This document shows, piece by piece, positions 47,882 to 58,721 of a stretch of DNA of 64,000 bases; the first letter of the stretch is position 1, and every line of letters starts with the position of its first letter. A program made the position numbers and the translations under genes. The stretch spans positions 19,848 through 83,847 of the forward strand of contig JARRKE010000014.1 in assembly GCA_037388465.1 (NCBI GenBank), given 5' to 3'. The notes beneath the pieces were generated by a model, which saw only the letters and a list, made by a program, of their open reading frames with translations, did no database searches and had not been told where the DNA came from. The DNA comes from Gammaproteobacteria bacterium. GTDB taxonomy: Bacteria > Pseudomonadota > Gammaproteobacteria > SpSt-1174.

Positions 47882-49330
47882 TCAGCCGTGCTGCGTCCCG
47901 CCCACCGTGAGCCCGTCGATACGCAGGGTGGGCTGTCCCACCCCGACCGGCACGCTCTGGCCTTCCTTGCCGCAGGTGCCAACGCCCTCGTCCAGCTTGA
48001 GGTCGTTGCCGACCATGCTGACCCGGGTGAGCACATCCGGCCCGTTGCCGATCAGAGTCGCGCCTTTGACGGGGCGGGTCACCTTGCCGTTTTCGATCAG
48101 GTAGGCCTCGCTGGCCGAAAACACGAACTTGCCCGAGGTGATGTCCACCTGACCGCCGCCGAAATTGACGGCATACAGGCCGTGGTCCACCGAGGCGATG
48201 ATCTCCTCGGGCACGTAGTCGCCGGCCAGCATGTAGGTATTGGTCATGCGCGGCATGGGCAGATGCGCATAGGACTCACGCCGCCCGTTGCCGGTGGGCT
48301 GCATGTTCATGAGGCGCGCATTCATCTTGTCCTGCATGTACCCGCGCAGGATGCCGTCCTCGATCAGCGTGGTGCACTGGGTCTGGACGCCCTCGTCGTC
48401 CACGTTGAGCGAGCCGCGGCGGTTCGGCAGCGTGCCGTCGTCCACCACCGTGACGCCCTTGGCCGCGACCCGCTCGCCCAACCGTCCGCTGAAGGCGGAG
48501 GTACCCTTGCGGTTGAAGTCGCCTTCCAGGCCGTGGCCGATCGCTTCGTGCAGCAACACGCCCGGCCAGCCAGGCCCCAGCACCACCTTCATGGTGCCGG
48601 CCGGCGCGGCAACCGACTCCAGGTTGACCAGGGCCAGGCGCACCGCTTCCTCGGCATAGCCGAAGGCGCGCTCGGATTCCAGGAAATAATCGTAGCCGTA
48701 GCGGCCGCCACCGCCGGTACCGCCCTGCTCGCGGCGACCGTTCTGCTCGACGATCACGCTGACATTCATGCGCACCAGGGGACGCACGTCCGCGGCCAGC
48801 GTCCCGTCGCTGGCGGCCACCAGGATCATCTCGTGGACGCCGGACAGGCTGACGATGACCTCCTGGACGCGTGGATCCTGCTTGCGCGCATGCGCATCCA
48901 CCCGTCGCAGCAGATCGATCTTGTCGCTTTCGGCCAGACTGGCCAGGGGATCGTCCGGCAGGTACAGGTCATGCCCGGCATGCGCCTGCCAGGCCTGCAT
49001 CTGTCCCGAGACGTTGCCCCGCGCAATGGCGCGGGCGGCCTGAGCGGCCTCCAGCAATGCCGGCAGCACGATCTCGTCCGAATAGGCGAAACCGGTCTTG
49101 TCGCCGGCGATGGCGCGCACACCGACGCCCTGCTCGATGTTGTAGCTGCCTTCCTTGACCCGCCCGTCTTCGAGCACCCAGGATTCGTGCCGGCTGACCT
49201 GGAAATACAGGTCGCCGTTGTCCACGGATGCCCCGAGCAGGCCGTTCAGTACCCGGTTGAGGTCGTTTTCGCCCAGCCCCGCCGGTGACAGGATCTGGTT
49301 TTGCGCAATCTGTAAGCTGGTATCGGTCAT
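47882..49330 (-). CDS. tldD: Metalloprotease TldD
   Basis: It shows extensive identity to E. coli TldD blocks ([27 protein letters not shown]). The start at MTDTSLQ overlaps the upstream gene by 4 bp. Confidence 0.9.
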   Translation of the reverse strand: MTDTSLQIAQNQILSPAGLGENDLNRVLNGLLGASVDNGDLYFQVSRHESWVLEDGRVKEGSYNIEQGVGVRAIAGDKTGFAYSDEIVLPALLEAAQAARAIARGNVSGQMQAWQAHAGHDLYLPDDPLASLAESDKIDLLRRVDAHARKQDPRVQEVIVSLSGVHEMILVAASDGTLAADVRPLVRMNVSVIVEQNGRREQGGTGGGGRYGYDYFLESERAFGYAEEAVRLALVNLESVAAPAGTMKVVLGPGWPGVLLHEAIGHGLEGDFNRKGTSAFSGRLGERVAAKGVTVVDDGTLPNRRGSLNVDDEGVQTQCTTLIEDGILRGYMQDKMNARLMNMQPTGNGRRESYAHLPMPRMTNTYMLAGDYVPEEIIASVDHGLYAVNFGGGQVDITSGKFVFSASEAYLIENGKVTRPVKGATLIGNGPDVLTRVSMVGNDLKLDEGVGTCGKEGQSVPVGVGQPTLRIDGLTVGGTQHG

Positions 49331-50160
49331 GTCGTGGAGGTAATTCTGCAAGTCAGGCGGCGGTGCTGAATGGTCGGGAAGGTACGTCGGGTGCTCTTGA
49401 GTCGCTCACAGTCGATATCGGCCAGCACCACGCCGGAACCCCGCGGCAGACGGTCCAACACATTGCCCCAGGGATCGACGATCATGCTGTCGCCGTGCGT
49501 TTCGCGGCCGTTGACGTGATAGCCGCCCTGAGCCGCGGCGATCAGGAAAGTCAGGTTTTCGATGGCGCGCGCCCGGATCAGGCTTTCCCAATGGGCCCGC
49601 CCGGTAATGGCGGTGAACGCCGACGGCAGCGCGACGATCTCTACACCTTGGTCGAGCATGCCGCGGAAAAGTTCAGGAAAACGCAGGTCATAACAGACGG
49701 CCAGGCCGAGCCGGCCGAACGGGGTATCGACCACGATGATATCCTTGCCGTGCTCCGTGGTCGCGGATTCGTTGTAGCTCTCCGCACTCTCCACCAGCTC
49801 GACGTCGAACAAGTGGATCTTGTCGTAGCGCGCCACGAGTTTCCCATGGTCGTCGAACAGCAGGCAGGCGGCGTAAACCTTATTGGAACTGGTGCTGCAC
49901 AACGGGATGGTCCCGCCCACCAGCCAGATGCCGTGACGCCGCGCCTGATCCGACAGGAATTCCTGCAGCGGCCCCGAACCCTCCTGTTCGCACACGCCGA
50001 GCTTGTCGCTCTCCTTCATGCCCATGAACGCAAAGTTCTCGGGCAGCACCACGAGCTCGGCACCGGCCTCGACCGCCTGGGCGATCAAACGGTCCGCTTC
50101 GTGCAGGTTGGCCTGTACATTGGGCCCGGAGGCCATCTGGATGGCGGCTGCCTTGTTCAA
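49327..50160 (-). CDS. Carbon-nitrogen hydrolase family protein (nitrilase superfamily)
   Basis: The Glu-Lys-Cys triad context is present (VVLPENF.., ..YDKIHLFD.., [11 protein letters not shown]). Confidence 0.85.
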   Translation of the reverse strand: MNKAAAIQMASGPNVQANLHEADRLIAQAVEAGAELVVLPENFAFMGMKESDKLGVCEQEGSGPLQEFLSDQARRHGIWLVGGTIPLCSTSSNKVYAACLLFDDHGKLVARYDKIHLFDVELVESAESYNESATTEHGKDIIVVDTPFGRLGLAVCYDLRFPELFRGMLDQGVEIVALPSAFTAITGRAHWESLIRARAIENLTFLIAAAQGGYHVNGRETHGDSMIVDPWGNVLDRLPRGSGVVLADIDCERLKSTRRTFPTIQHRRLTCRITSTT

Positions 50161-50516
50161 GTTTGACTTCCTTTTGTATCGACGATCAGGGTAACGGTAT
50201 CCGAGCGGGAAACCTGCGGGACCAGCTGCAGGCGCTCCGAAGACACACCCAGGGTCACAAGCCAGTCGTGGAGCTCACGTCCCCACAACGTCCCTGCCTC
50301 ACCGTTGGGATAAAGGATTCGCAATCGGGCTTCAGGATGCGCGTTCAATAACTTCATGGCCGCCTGGACAGCGGGCAATCGGGCAACTTCACGCGCGGAA
50401 CGGGGCAAGGCCCATTGATCTGCACTGATCGTGAACCCGACCGGCTGCGGCTGCGCCAATACCCAGGATGGGCTCAGGGCCAGGAACAACCCAAGCAAAA
50501 GACTCGGCTTAAACAT
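50157..50516 (-). CDS. Small secreted hypothetical protein
   Basis: It has a signal peptide (LALSPSWVLAQP). It overlaps the nitrilase start by 4 bp. Confidence 0.45.
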   Translation of the reverse strand: MFKPSLLLGLFLALSPSWVLAQPQPVGFTISADQWALPRSAREVARLPAVQAAMKLLNAHPEARLRILYPNGEAGTLWGRELHDWLVTLGVSSERLQLVPQVSRSDTVTLIVDTKGSQT

Positions 50517-50582
50517 CTACAGCTAAATATAACCTGCGCGCCGCATCCGAAGCGAGCAATGCCCGGACGGATACAGCGGGAA

Positions 50583-53500
50583 TCACAAAAAACCGCCGGG
50601 CGCAGGCACCGCTGATTGTGTGTTCTTGGGCGGCGTCTCGTTGAGGGGGGTGACCTTGGGGTTGTTCCAAGGCCCCATCACCGTATAGCGCACGATGGCG
50701 CTCTCATCGATCCGTTTGCCGATCCCCAGCGTGTTTTCCAGGATCATCAGTGCGGCACCGACGCCCAGACCACCGAACAGAGCCCCGGCGATGGGCAGTG
50801 TCGAGGTCAGCTGCGGCGTGACGGCAACCTTGGCGTCGTAATCCTGGGCCTGCAGACCAATCCTCCCCTGGATGGCGATATCCGCCCCCGAACCTTCGAA
50901 CAGCGTGTTGTGGGTAAACACATCGCCATCCACGAGCCGGAAGTTCCCGCTCGCCTTATTGAAACTGTAGCCCTGCGAAAACACATCAGAGAAATTGAGC
51001 GTCAGACGCTTGGGCAGTGCCGACAGGTTGATGAGACTCAGCAGACGCCCGACCCCCGGCTCGATCTTCTCGATGCGCCCGTCGCGGATCTCGAAACTTC
51101 CTTCCCCGCGCAGACCCTTCCAGCCCAACTGCCAGGGCGCCCCGGGCCAGGACAGATTTCCGGTCAAGGTGGTCTTGCCGTCGCGCAGGCCGAGGTGCAG
51201 GTTCAGGTTCTCCGTGGTCCTCGCCAGGTTGTCGGTTTTGATATCGACGTGCAGGCTGGTTTTTTGCCGCCCGTCGGAAAGTGTGGACCAGCTACCGCTG
51301 GCCTTGGCATGCAAATACTCGCCGCCGAGCTGCAGTAAATGGATCTGCATGCCCTGCGCATCCGAGGTGGTGCTCAGATGCAGATCGCGGAACGCATAGG
51401 AACCCAGCTTGAATTGTTTGGCCCGGACTTCCAATGGCGGCAGCTTGGCGGGACGTACCGATTTAAGCACATGCATTTCCTCTCCCTGCGCTTCCTTCTC
51501 GCCCTTGGGCAAGGGAATCGACAACTTCTGCAAATCCATTTTCAACGGCTGGGCGGTATGCAGGTTGTACGGAACGGTGACATGACCGCTCACCAGCGAG
51601 GACTGAACGTCGGCCTCCCATGCGTTGCTGCCCCGGCGCACCTTGAGATTGACGTTCTTGAAATTCTGACCGTAGGCCCGCAGGCCGTCGAGGCTGACAT
51701 CGAGTTCCTTCAGTTGCGGCAGTTTCGCGCCTTCACCCAAGGCACTCTTGCCTTCCGCCAGCCCCAGCCAGGGCTGGAGCGAGAAATCGGTCAGCCGGCC
51801 GGTGATACGGACCCCCTGCTTGGGTAACGCAGGCACCCCGTCATTGAAACTCAGGCCGGCGGCAACCACATGGCGTCGCCCGTTCGAATCCGCCAAGCCG
51901 AGCACCGCCTGCAGGCTCCGCCCATAGCGCACGCTTACCGGCACCACCGTCTGATCGGGCGCCAGGGGAATGGATACGATCACGCTGCGTGACGCGCCCA
52001 CCGGTTTGTGCAGCGGCGCCGGCAGATTCACCGCCGTGCCGCGCAGATCGGAAGCCAGGGTCAGCACCGCTCCCCCGCCCTGCTTCTCCTCCTGGAGCGG
52101 GATGGTCAGCCGTCCCTCCCAGTCACTGTCGCCATCGAGATAATCCGCCGTTCCCTTGGGTGCGTTCTGCAACAACTGCGCGGCGGTCAAATGCGCACGC
52201 ATACCCACCTGAAGCACGCCCTTGGCCGTGGTATGCGCGTCGAGCACGATCGGCGCCCCCCTGAACTGGCCGCTGAGTTTTGAAAACGCCAGCCGGCCGC
52301 GGCCGAAATCGACCTCACCCTGCAGCTGAGTCAGCTTGACCGGCTCCGATGCCAGACCGAGGTCGGCGCCTTTCAATTGCAGCTTGCCGTCCACCTGGGA
52401 GGATTCGGCCAGGGTGTGGTTCAGCGGCAGAGTCAAACGCAACTTGAGATCACTCGTACCCTGGGCGCGCACGTCGGCCAGGAGCTTTTCCCTCCCCCGC
52501 GAAAGCGGGCTGGCGGCGAGATAGCGAAACACATCCTGCAGTGGACCATGCGCCGTTCCCTGTATATCGAGCACCGGGGCGGCCAGCTTGGGTATCGCCA
52601 CGTGCACGTTACTGAGCTCGGTGTCGAACACCTTGGCGCGGGTCGCGTCGATGTGCATCGCCGCGTTGCGGAACACGACCTCCGCGTCGATACCCTGCAA
52701 GGCAGGCCAGCCCCGCTCGACGTTGAGCACGGCGTTCTCGACGTGAAACCGCGTCTCGAACACACCTTCATTGCCGTGATAGGGAAAGTCCTTCAGACGA
52801 CCGTGAAACACCAGCGCCCCGTCCGTTACATGTCCGGCGACAAATGCCTGCTTCAACCATTTCATCGCATCGGCGGGGATGACGTGGTCGGGCAGATACT
52901 GGCGCGCCTTCGCGGCATCGCCGTCACGATACTTCAGTTGCAGATCGAGTTCGGGCGAGGCCGTGCCATGACTGACGAGAGTGAACTGCCCCTGGCTTTT
53001 GATATCCTGATTGCCGAACGCCAGATCATGTCCGTAGACGTTCCATCCGTCCTTCTCCCTATGCCAGCCGATCTCACCTTCGAGATGATCCAGGCTCACG
53101 CGGTGCGAGAAGATCATCGGATAATCGACATCTATGTGTTTGGATCGAAGCAGTACCGAACCGCCCTGCTGGGTCAGCGAGAATTGGCCGTCGAGGCTGT
53201 CGATACCCGGCGTATGTTTCAGCGACTTGACCGATATACCCTGAAAAACGCCGCTGGCCCGGTAAGTCGGCGCGCCTTCGGCGGGAATGTGTGCGGCCGC
53301 CACCACTTTCTGAATCGCACCTTGCGGCGCGAGCTTTTCCAGCGGCAGGCTCTTCGGCAGCCGGTCCTTTACATAAGGCAGCACCGCTGCCAACGTATCG
53401 CCGATATTCACATCCGCCGCACTGAGTTGATAGGAACGGCCGGTATCGTCCAGATGCGAAACCAGCAACAGCGCGGCGGGGCGCGTCTTCTGCCCGTCGC

Positions 53501-54464
53501 GCTGCAGCTGGAAGTCGTCAAGGGAGAGACGCCAGCCCTGTGCCTCGCTCGACCAGAGGAACTTGCCGCTCACGCCGGTCAACCCGTTGGCAGGCCTGTT
53601 TCTCGACGTGAGTGCCAGATCCGTCACCGCGCCATCCCCGCTCAAGGACACGAGTTGGCCTTGACTCCAGTTGGCCCAGAATCGGGCGTCCACCACGCCC
53701 TGCTTGATGCCGGCCCGTTTGATCAACGCCTGTTCGGGGATGCCCTGCAGGCGTATCCCATCCCCCTTGGCATAGATGCGTGCATCCCACCCCTTCGGCT
53801 GATCGAGCTTGCCGTCGATGCGCGCGACCAGGTCGAGGCGTCGACCCAGCGTTTTCGGCAGCCCCACCACGCCGCTCACGCCGAAGCCGTCGCTGTCGAC
53901 CCTCACAGACAGATCGACCGGATCAAAAATGTAATCGGCGCCGGTCTGCCGGTCCTGCCAATGAATACGGCTTTCCAGCAGACTGAAATTGATATTGTTG
54001 ATCGCGGCGAACGGGTCCTCGTTGGCGATAGCCTGTTGTTCGCTTTCGCTGAGGTTCAGCCCCGTGACACGGATACGGTTGTCCTTGAGGCGTTGGATGT
54101 CGAAATTCGCCCCGTAGATGGTCAGCCCGGTCGGCTTGAGCTCCAGGTGCAACAGCATGGCGAACAGGTTGAAATCGAGTATGGCCCTGCGAAATGCCAA
54201 TACCCGGTGTTGACCGCTTTGGTCGTAGAGACGCACGTTACGCAGCACCAGCCGTGGCCCCAGCAAATGCCAACTGGCATCCAGACGCCGGATCTTGACC
54301 GGCTGGCCCATCAGCGCGCCGAACTGCCGCTCCACATCGTGACGGTATTGAGGCAACTGGGGAAGAAGCGCGTGCGCGACGCTGAACAGCACCGCCAGCA
54401 GTATCACCGAAACCGCAGCCGTGTAGAGCACGGTCCGGTAAATACGATGCAGCCAGACGATCAT
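50583..54464 (-). CDS. yhdP: YhdP-family (AsmA-like, TIGR02099) inner-membrane-anchored periplasm-spanning protein
   Basis: 1293 aa with an N-terminal TM anchor. It sits between tldD and rng, as in E. coli. Confidence 0.85.
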   Translation of the reverse strand: MIVWLHRIYRTVLYTAAVSVILLAVLFSVAHALLPQLPQYRHDVERQFGALMGQPVKIRRLDASWHLLGPRLVLRNVRLYDQSGQHRVLAFRRAILDFNLFAMLLHLELKPTGLTIYGANFDIQRLKDNRIRVTGLNLSESEQQAIANEDPFAAINNINFSLLESRIHWQDRQTGADYIFDPVDLSVRVDSDGFGVSGVVGLPKTLGRRLDLVARIDGKLDQPKGWDARIYAKGDGIRLQGIPEQALIKRAGIKQGVVDARFWANWSQGQLVSLSGDGAVTDLALTSRNRPANGLTGVSGKFLWSSEAQGWRLSLDDFQLQRDGQKTRPAALLLVSHLDDTGRSYQLSAADVNIGDTLAAVLPYVKDRLPKSLPLEKLAPQGAIQKVVAAAHIPAEGAPTYRASGVFQGISVKSLKHTPGIDSLDGQFSLTQQGGSVLLRSKHIDVDYPMIFSHRVSLDHLEGEIGWHREKDGWNVYGHDLAFGNQDIKSQGQFTLVSHGTASPELDLQLKYRDGDAAKARQYLPDHVIPADAMKWLKQAFVAGHVTDGALVFHGRLKDFPYHGNEGVFETRFHVENAVLNVERGWPALQGIDAEVVFRNAAMHIDATRAKVFDTELSNVHVAIPKLAAPVLDIQGTAHGPLQDVFRYLAASPLSRGREKLLADVRAQGTSDLKLRLTLPLNHTLAESSQVDGKLQLKGADLGLASEPVKLTQLQGEVDFGRGRLAFSKLSGQFRGAPIVLDAHTTAKGVLQVGMRAHLTAAQLLQNAPKGTADYLDGDSDWEGRLTIPLQEEKQGGGAVLTLASDLRGTAVNLPAPLHKPVGASRSVIVSIPLAPDQTVVPVSVRYGRSLQAVLGLADSNGRRHVVAAGLSFNDGVPALPKQGVRITGRLTDFSLQPWLGLAEGKSALGEGAKLPQLKELDVSLDGLRAYGQNFKNVNLKVRRGSNAWEADVQSSLVSGHVTVPYNLHTAQPLKMDLQKLSIPLPKGEKEAQGEEMHVLKSVRPAKLPPLEVRAKQFKLGSYAFRDLHLSTTSDAQGMQIHLLQLGGEYLHAKASGSWSTLSDGRQKTSLHVDIKTDNLARTTENLNLHLGLRDGKTTLTGNLSWPGAPWQLGWKGLRGEGSFEIRDGRIEKIEPGVGRLLSLINLSALPKRLTLNFSDVFSQGYSFNKASGNFRLVDGDVFTHNTLFEGSGADIAIQGRIGLQAQDYDAKVAVTPQLTSTLPIAGALFGGLGVGAALMILENTLGIGKRIDESAIVRYTVMGPWNNPKVTPLNETPPKNTQSAVPAPGGFL

Positions 54465-54477
54465 TCCGTGTTTCCGG

Positions 54478-55950
54478 TCAGAGCAGCACGACGTCGAACT
54501 GCTCCTGAGTGTAGAGCGTCTCTACCTGGAGTTTGATGGGAATGTTTATAAACGCCTCCAACTCCGCCAGGCTGGCGGACTCCTCGTCCACCAGCAGATC
54601 GACTACCTCCTGTGAGGCAAGCACCAGCAGTTCGCGCGCCTCGAACTGCCGCGCCTCGCGCAGAATCTCACGGAAGATCTCGTAGCAGACGGTTTCCGCC
54701 GTCTTCACATAACCGCGACCCTGACAGGTCGGACAGGCCTCGCACAGAATATGTTCCAGGGATTCGCGAGTACGCTTGCGCGTCATCTCCACCAGACCCA
54801 GCGGCGAGACATCGCATACGTGCGAGCGCGCGTGATCCTTTTCCAGCGCCTTGTGCAAGGACTGCATGACCTGGCGCTTGTGTTCCTCCTGGGTCATGTC
54901 GATGAAATCGATGATGATGATGCCGCCCAGATTGCGCAGCCGCAGCTGGCGCACGATGGACTGGGTCGCCTCGAGATTGGTCTTGAAGATCGTCTCTTCG
55001 AGATTGCGGTGCCCGACAAAGGCACCGGTGTTGACGTCGATGGTGGTCATGGCCTCGGTCTGATCGAAGATCAGGTAACCGCCGGACTTGAGTTCGACCT
55101 TGCGTTCCAGGGCCTTTTGCAGTTCATCCTCAATGCCGTACAGATCGAAGATGGGCCGTTCGCCGGGGTAATGTTCGATGCGTCCGGTAAGGCCGGGGAT
55201 ATAGGCCTGGGCGAAATCGATCACCTTCTGCACCGTCTCACGCGAGTCGATGCGTATCTTCTCCACTTCCGGGTCGGCCAGATCGCGCAGCGTACGGATC
55301 ACCAACGGCAGATCGGCATACAGTTCCGAACCGGGGCCCACGTCCTGTGCGCACTTCTGGATGTTTTCCCACAACTTGTGCAGGTAGCGCATGTCGCGTC
55401 GCAGAGCGTCTTCGCTGGCTCCTTCGGCAACCGTGCGCACAATATAGCTGTCGTGGAAATCGAGTTCCTCGCGCAAAGCCGCCACCTGCTCGCGCAGGCG
55501 CTTGCGCTCGACCTCGTCTTCGATGCGCGTCGAAATGCCGATGCTGTCGCCCTCGGGCATCAGCACCAGGAACCGGGACGGCACCGTGATATGCGTGGTC
55601 AGGCGGGCACCCTTGGTGCCTATGGGGTCCTTGATCACCTGCACCAGCAGTTGCTGCCCGGGCTGCAACAGGGCGGTGATCTCGGCAGGCGGCTTGTCGC
55701 CGTTGGGCATTTCCTCCCGCGCCACCGGCGCCACGTCCGAGACGTGCAAAAAGGCGGCGCGTTCCAGGCCGACATCGATAAAGGCGGCCTCCATGCCCGG
55801 CAGCACCCGCGTCACACGCCCCTTGTAGATATTGCCCACCAGTCCTCGCTTGCGGGCGCGCTCGATGAACAGCTCCTGCAGGACGCCGTTTTCCACCACG
55901 GCGGCGCGGGTCTCCTGCGGGGTCACATTGACCAGTATCTCCGTACTCAT
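54478..55950 (-). CDS. rng: Ribonuclease G
   Basis: It shows high similarity to E. coli Rng throughout (VNVTP.ETR..., NIYKGRV.RVLPGM.AAF.D.GL..AAFLH.SD, C.ECPTC.GRG). Confidence 0.9.
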   Translation of the reverse strand: MSTEILVNVTPQETRAAVVENGVLQELFIERARKRGLVGNIYKGRVTRVLPGMEAAFIDVGLERAAFLHVSDVAPVAREEMPNGDKPPAEITALLQPGQQLLVQVIKDPIGTKGARLTTHITVPSRFLVLMPEGDSIGISTRIEDEVERKRLREQVAALREELDFHDSYIVRTVAEGASEDALRRDMRYLHKLWENIQKCAQDVGPGSELYADLPLVIRTLRDLADPEVEKIRIDSRETVQKVIDFAQAYIPGLTGRIEHYPGERPIFDLYGIEDELQKALERKVELKSGGYLIFDQTEAMTTIDVNTGAFVGHRNLEETIFKTNLEATQSIVRQLRLRNLGGIIIIDFIDMTQEEHKRQVMQSLHKALEKDHARSHVCDVSPLGLVEMTRKRTRESLEHILCEACPTCQGRGYVKTAETVCYEIFREILREARQFEARELLVLASQEVVDLLVDEESASLAELEAFINIPIKLQVETLYTQEQFDVVLL

Positions 55951-56008
55951 CGTGACAGTGTATCAAGCCGATTGTGTAACGGGGACATTACACCACCGGC
56001 GGGTCTTC

Positions 56009-56593
56009 TCATATGACCGGGATGCCTGCAGCGGCCAGCAACTGTGCCGTTTCGAACAGCGGCAGGCCCATGACGCCGCTGTAGCTGCCCTCCAAACGGT
56101 CGATGAAGGCGGCGGCCAGCCCCTGGATGGCATAGGCACCGGCCTTGTCCATTGGCTCGCCGGTAGCCACATAGGCCTCGAGCTCGGCCTGATTCAGGAT
56201 CCGGAACCCCACCCGGCTGTCACTCAGCCGCAGCGCCACATCATGCCCGGCGGCCAGCGCCACAGCGGTATAAACATCGTGCGTCCGACCGCTCAGCATC
56301 CCCAGCATGCGCACCGCATCGGCCCGGTCGCGCGGCTTGCCCAACACCTCGTCGCCGACCACCACCACGGTATCCGCCCCCAGCGCAGGCAATCCCTCGC
56401 TTACGGCCAGTCCGGCCTGCGCCTTTTCCAATGCCATGCGCTGCACGAAATCCAGTGGCGACTCGCCGCGCCGGCGGGTCTCGTCGACATCCACCGGTTG
56501 GCGGCGAAAATTCAGACCGAGCTGATCCAGCAACTCCCGGCGGCGGGGAGAAGCGGAGGCCAGTAGAAAAGTAGATTGTGGTGATTGTTTCAC
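56009..56593 (-). CDS. maf: Maf-like nucleoside triphosphate pyrophosphatase
   Basis: It carries the LLASASPRRRELL motif; 194 aa. It is adjacent to rng. Confidence 0.85.
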   Translation of the reverse strand: MKQSPQSTFLLASASPRRRELLDQLGLNFRRQPVDVDETRRRGESPLDFVQRMALEKAQAGLAVSEGLPALGADTVVVVGDEVLGKPRDRADAVRMLGMLSGRTHDVYTAVALAAGHDVALRLSDSRVGFRILNQAELEAYVATGEPMDKAGAYAIQGLAAAFIDRLEGSYSGVMGLPLFETAQLLAAAGIPVI

Positions 56594-56599
56594 TTTGGT

Positions 56600-57121
56600 C
56601 GGTACTTTAGAGGTTGGTGGTTTTGTTTTATATGTTTTGAGTTTTCGTTTTCGGTTGGAAAGGCGCGGGGTTTTGTTGTGCGGCCTTGTCTACAGTTTCG
56701 CATTAGAAATGGAAGTATTTGAATTTCGCGCTCTTGAGGCCGGGATTTTTTGTCTGATGCGTTCGCACAGCGCGAGGTACTTTCTCTTGCGTGCCCAAGA
56801 GAAAGTACCCAAAGAGAAGGGCACCCCCACCGTCTTGGCCTTCGGCTTCCCTCACAACCGCTGACTTGCGACGGGCACGGTCCGACGCGACGTCCTCGGC
56901 AACTGCTCCTGCGTTGCTCTACCTCCTGCATCCATGCAGTCGTGTCGCGGCGAACCTCAGCCCGGCGTCCCTGCCGGGCTGACCCTGCAAGCCACCGGTT
57001 GCTCGGCAAGGCGGGACGGGGTTTACGGTGAAGGGTGAGACGTAAGGCGTGAGGAGCAATTCGGCGCTTCGTTTGTCACCGCACCTCTCATCTCCTTACT
57101 CCTCCCCCTTCACACCTTACC
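56600..57121 (+). repeat. Copy B of the two-copy structured repeat element: a G+T-rich leader, a conserved core at 56774-57020, and heptamer-rich inverted 3' flanks ending 3 nt before the rlmH stop
   Basis: The core aligns with 1731-1975. The 3' flank carries GTGAAGG/GTGAGAC/GTAAGGC/GTGAGGA units followed by CTCCTTA/CTCCTCC/CCCTTCA/CACCTTAC units, i.e. inverted CCTTAC-type heptamers. Confidence 0.6.
56774..57020 (+). ncRNA. Candidate structured ncRNA core (copy B)
   Basis: There is a perfect 13-bp hairpin at 56776-56809, with a conserved loop end (tgccc) and a stem that compensates relative to copy A. Conserved downstream stems and palindromes are identical or near-identical to copy A. Confidence 0.35.
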
Positions 57122-57123
57122 GA

Positions 57124-57594
57124 TCAGTCCCGATGATACGGATGCCCCTGCAACACGCTCCACGCCCGATACATCTGTTCGGCGAGAATCACGCGCACCA
57201 GGGGATGGGGAAAGGTCAGCGGCGACAGCGACCAGACGAAGTCCGCCGCATCCCGGCAGGCCGGGCTGAGGCCGTCCGGACCACCGACCAGCAGCGCCAG
57301 TTCGCGGCCGTCCACGGACCAGTCGTTCAGGCGGTCGGCGAGCTGCCGGGTGCTGAGGCTGCGGCCGTGTTCGTCCAGGGTCACGATGCGCGCGCCGGTC
57401 GGCACGGCGGCCAGCAGGCGCTCGCCTTCCCGATCGCGCAGGCGGGCGATATCGGCGTTGCGGACGCGCTTTTCCATCGGCACTTCGTGCAATTCCATGC
57501 GCCAGCCGGCGGCGAGACGGCCGGCGTATTCCGTGTACGCCTCGCCCACCCAGGCGGGCATACGCGTGCCGACCGCGATCAGGTGAACGCGCAT
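57124..57594 (-). CDS. rlmH: 23S rRNA (pseudouridine1915-N3)-methyltransferase
   Basis: 156 aa with a SPOUT-fold RlmH sequence (MRVHLIAVG...LLVGGPDGL). Confidence 0.9.
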   Translation of the reverse strand: MRVHLIAVGTRMPAWVGEAYTEYAGRLAAGWRMELHEVPMEKRVRNADIARLRDREGERLLAAVPTGARIVTLDEHGRSLSTRQLADRLNDWSVDGRELALLVGGPDGLSPACRDAADFVWSLSPLTFPHPLVRVILAEQMYRAWSVLQGHPYHRD

Positions 57595-57944
57595 CAGGCC
57601 TGGCCTGGTTTCGCGGCCTGGCCTTCGGTTTCCCAGAGTTTTTCGAGGTTATAGAAATCGCGCACGGTGGGCAGCATGACGTGCACCACCACATCGTTGA
57701 GGTCGACCAGCACCCATTCGGCCACCTGGGTTCCCTCCACGCCGATCGGCTGGACCCCTGCCTCCTTGGCCTTGAGCACGACGTTGTCCGCCAGCGACTT
57801 GACGTGCCGCGTGGAGGTGCCCGAGGCGATCACCATCACGTCCGTGATCGCCGTCTTGCCGCGCACGTCCAGGATGCGCACATCCACGCCCTTGAGGTCT
57901 TCGAGGGCGTGGCATACCAATTCAACCAACTGATCTGTCTGCAT
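57594..57944 (-). CDS. rsfS: Ribosome silencing factor RsfS (Iojap)
   Basis: 116 aa with DVMVIASG and HVKSLADN motifs. Confidence 0.85.
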   Translation of the reverse strand: MQTDQLVELVCHALEDLKGVDVRILDVRGKTAITDVMVIASGTSTRHVKSLADNVVLKAKEAGVQPIGVEGTQVAEWVLVDLNDVVVHVMLPTVRDFYNLEKLWETEGQAAKPGQA

Positions 57945-57998
57945 GCGTTTTGAGTGAGATTTCTATATCGGTGTGTGTCTGAAAGTGTCCCGCCCGGC

Positions 57999-58658
57999 CT
58001 ATCGGGCCTGTGCCTCCGGCGCCGCACCGCCCGCATACAGCCCTTCGGCACGGATGTAATCCCACACCCGGGACGGCAGCAGATAACGCGGACTCTCGCC
58101 GCGCGCGATCAGTTCGCGCACGGCCGTGGCGGAAATGTCGAGCTGGGTCACCGGCGTGAACAACACCCGGCCAGCCGGGACGCGGCGCAGGTCCTCGACG
58201 GCGGTGGTCCGCGCGGATTCCAGCCAGGCGCTTTCCCACAGATCGCCAGGCACCACCGCACCCGGGCGATGGGTCACCACCAGATGCGCCAGACGCGGAA
58301 TGGTTTCCCATTCATGCCAGCTGCGCAGGCCGGCGAATGCATCCATGCCCATGATCAGGCACAGGGGCCGGGTTTCGCCGAGTTCCTGCCGCAACCCGCG
58401 CAGTGTATCGACCGTATATGAAGGTCCCGTACGGTCCAGCTCGCGCCGGTCCACTTTCAACCCGGCCTCTCCGTCGACCGCCAGCTCCAGCATATGCAGG
58501 CGCTGATCCGCGCTCGCCTGGGGCAGGCGCCGGTGCGGCGGCACGCAGGCGGGAATCAGGCGCAGCCCATCGAGTTGCAGGTGCTGCAGGACTTCCAGCG
58601 CCGGCCTCAGGTGACCGAAGTGCACCGGGTCGAAGGTACCGCCGAAGACGCCGATCAT
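57999..58658 (-). CDS. nadD: Nicotinate-nucleotide adenylyltransferase
   Basis: It carries the GGTFDPVHFGH motif. Confidence 0.9.
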   Translation of the reverse strand: MIGVFGGTFDPVHFGHLRPALEVLQHLQLDGLRLIPACVPPHRRLPQASADQRLHMLELAVDGEAGLKVDRRELDRTGPSYTVDTLRGLRQELGETRPLCLIMGMDAFAGLRSWHEWETIPRLAHLVVTHRPGAVVPGDLWESAWLESARTTAVEDLRRVPAGRVLFTPVTQLDISATAVRELIARGESPRYLLPSRVWDYIRAEGLYAGGAAPEAQAR

Positions 58659-58721
58659 GGATACGTCGGCCGCAGGCGGATCGGGCGAATTGGATGAGAC
58701 AGGAAGAATCGCAAAACGGGT

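Noticed and set aside
47539-47910. Possible frameshifted continuation of yjgA in the +1 frame (VLVHR… resembling VLFHK of E. coli YjgA)
   Set aside because: The similarity is limited to 5 residues. The downstream translation bears no resemblance to the YjgA C-terminal half. The frame fully overlaps a well-signalled minus-strand gene and tldD.
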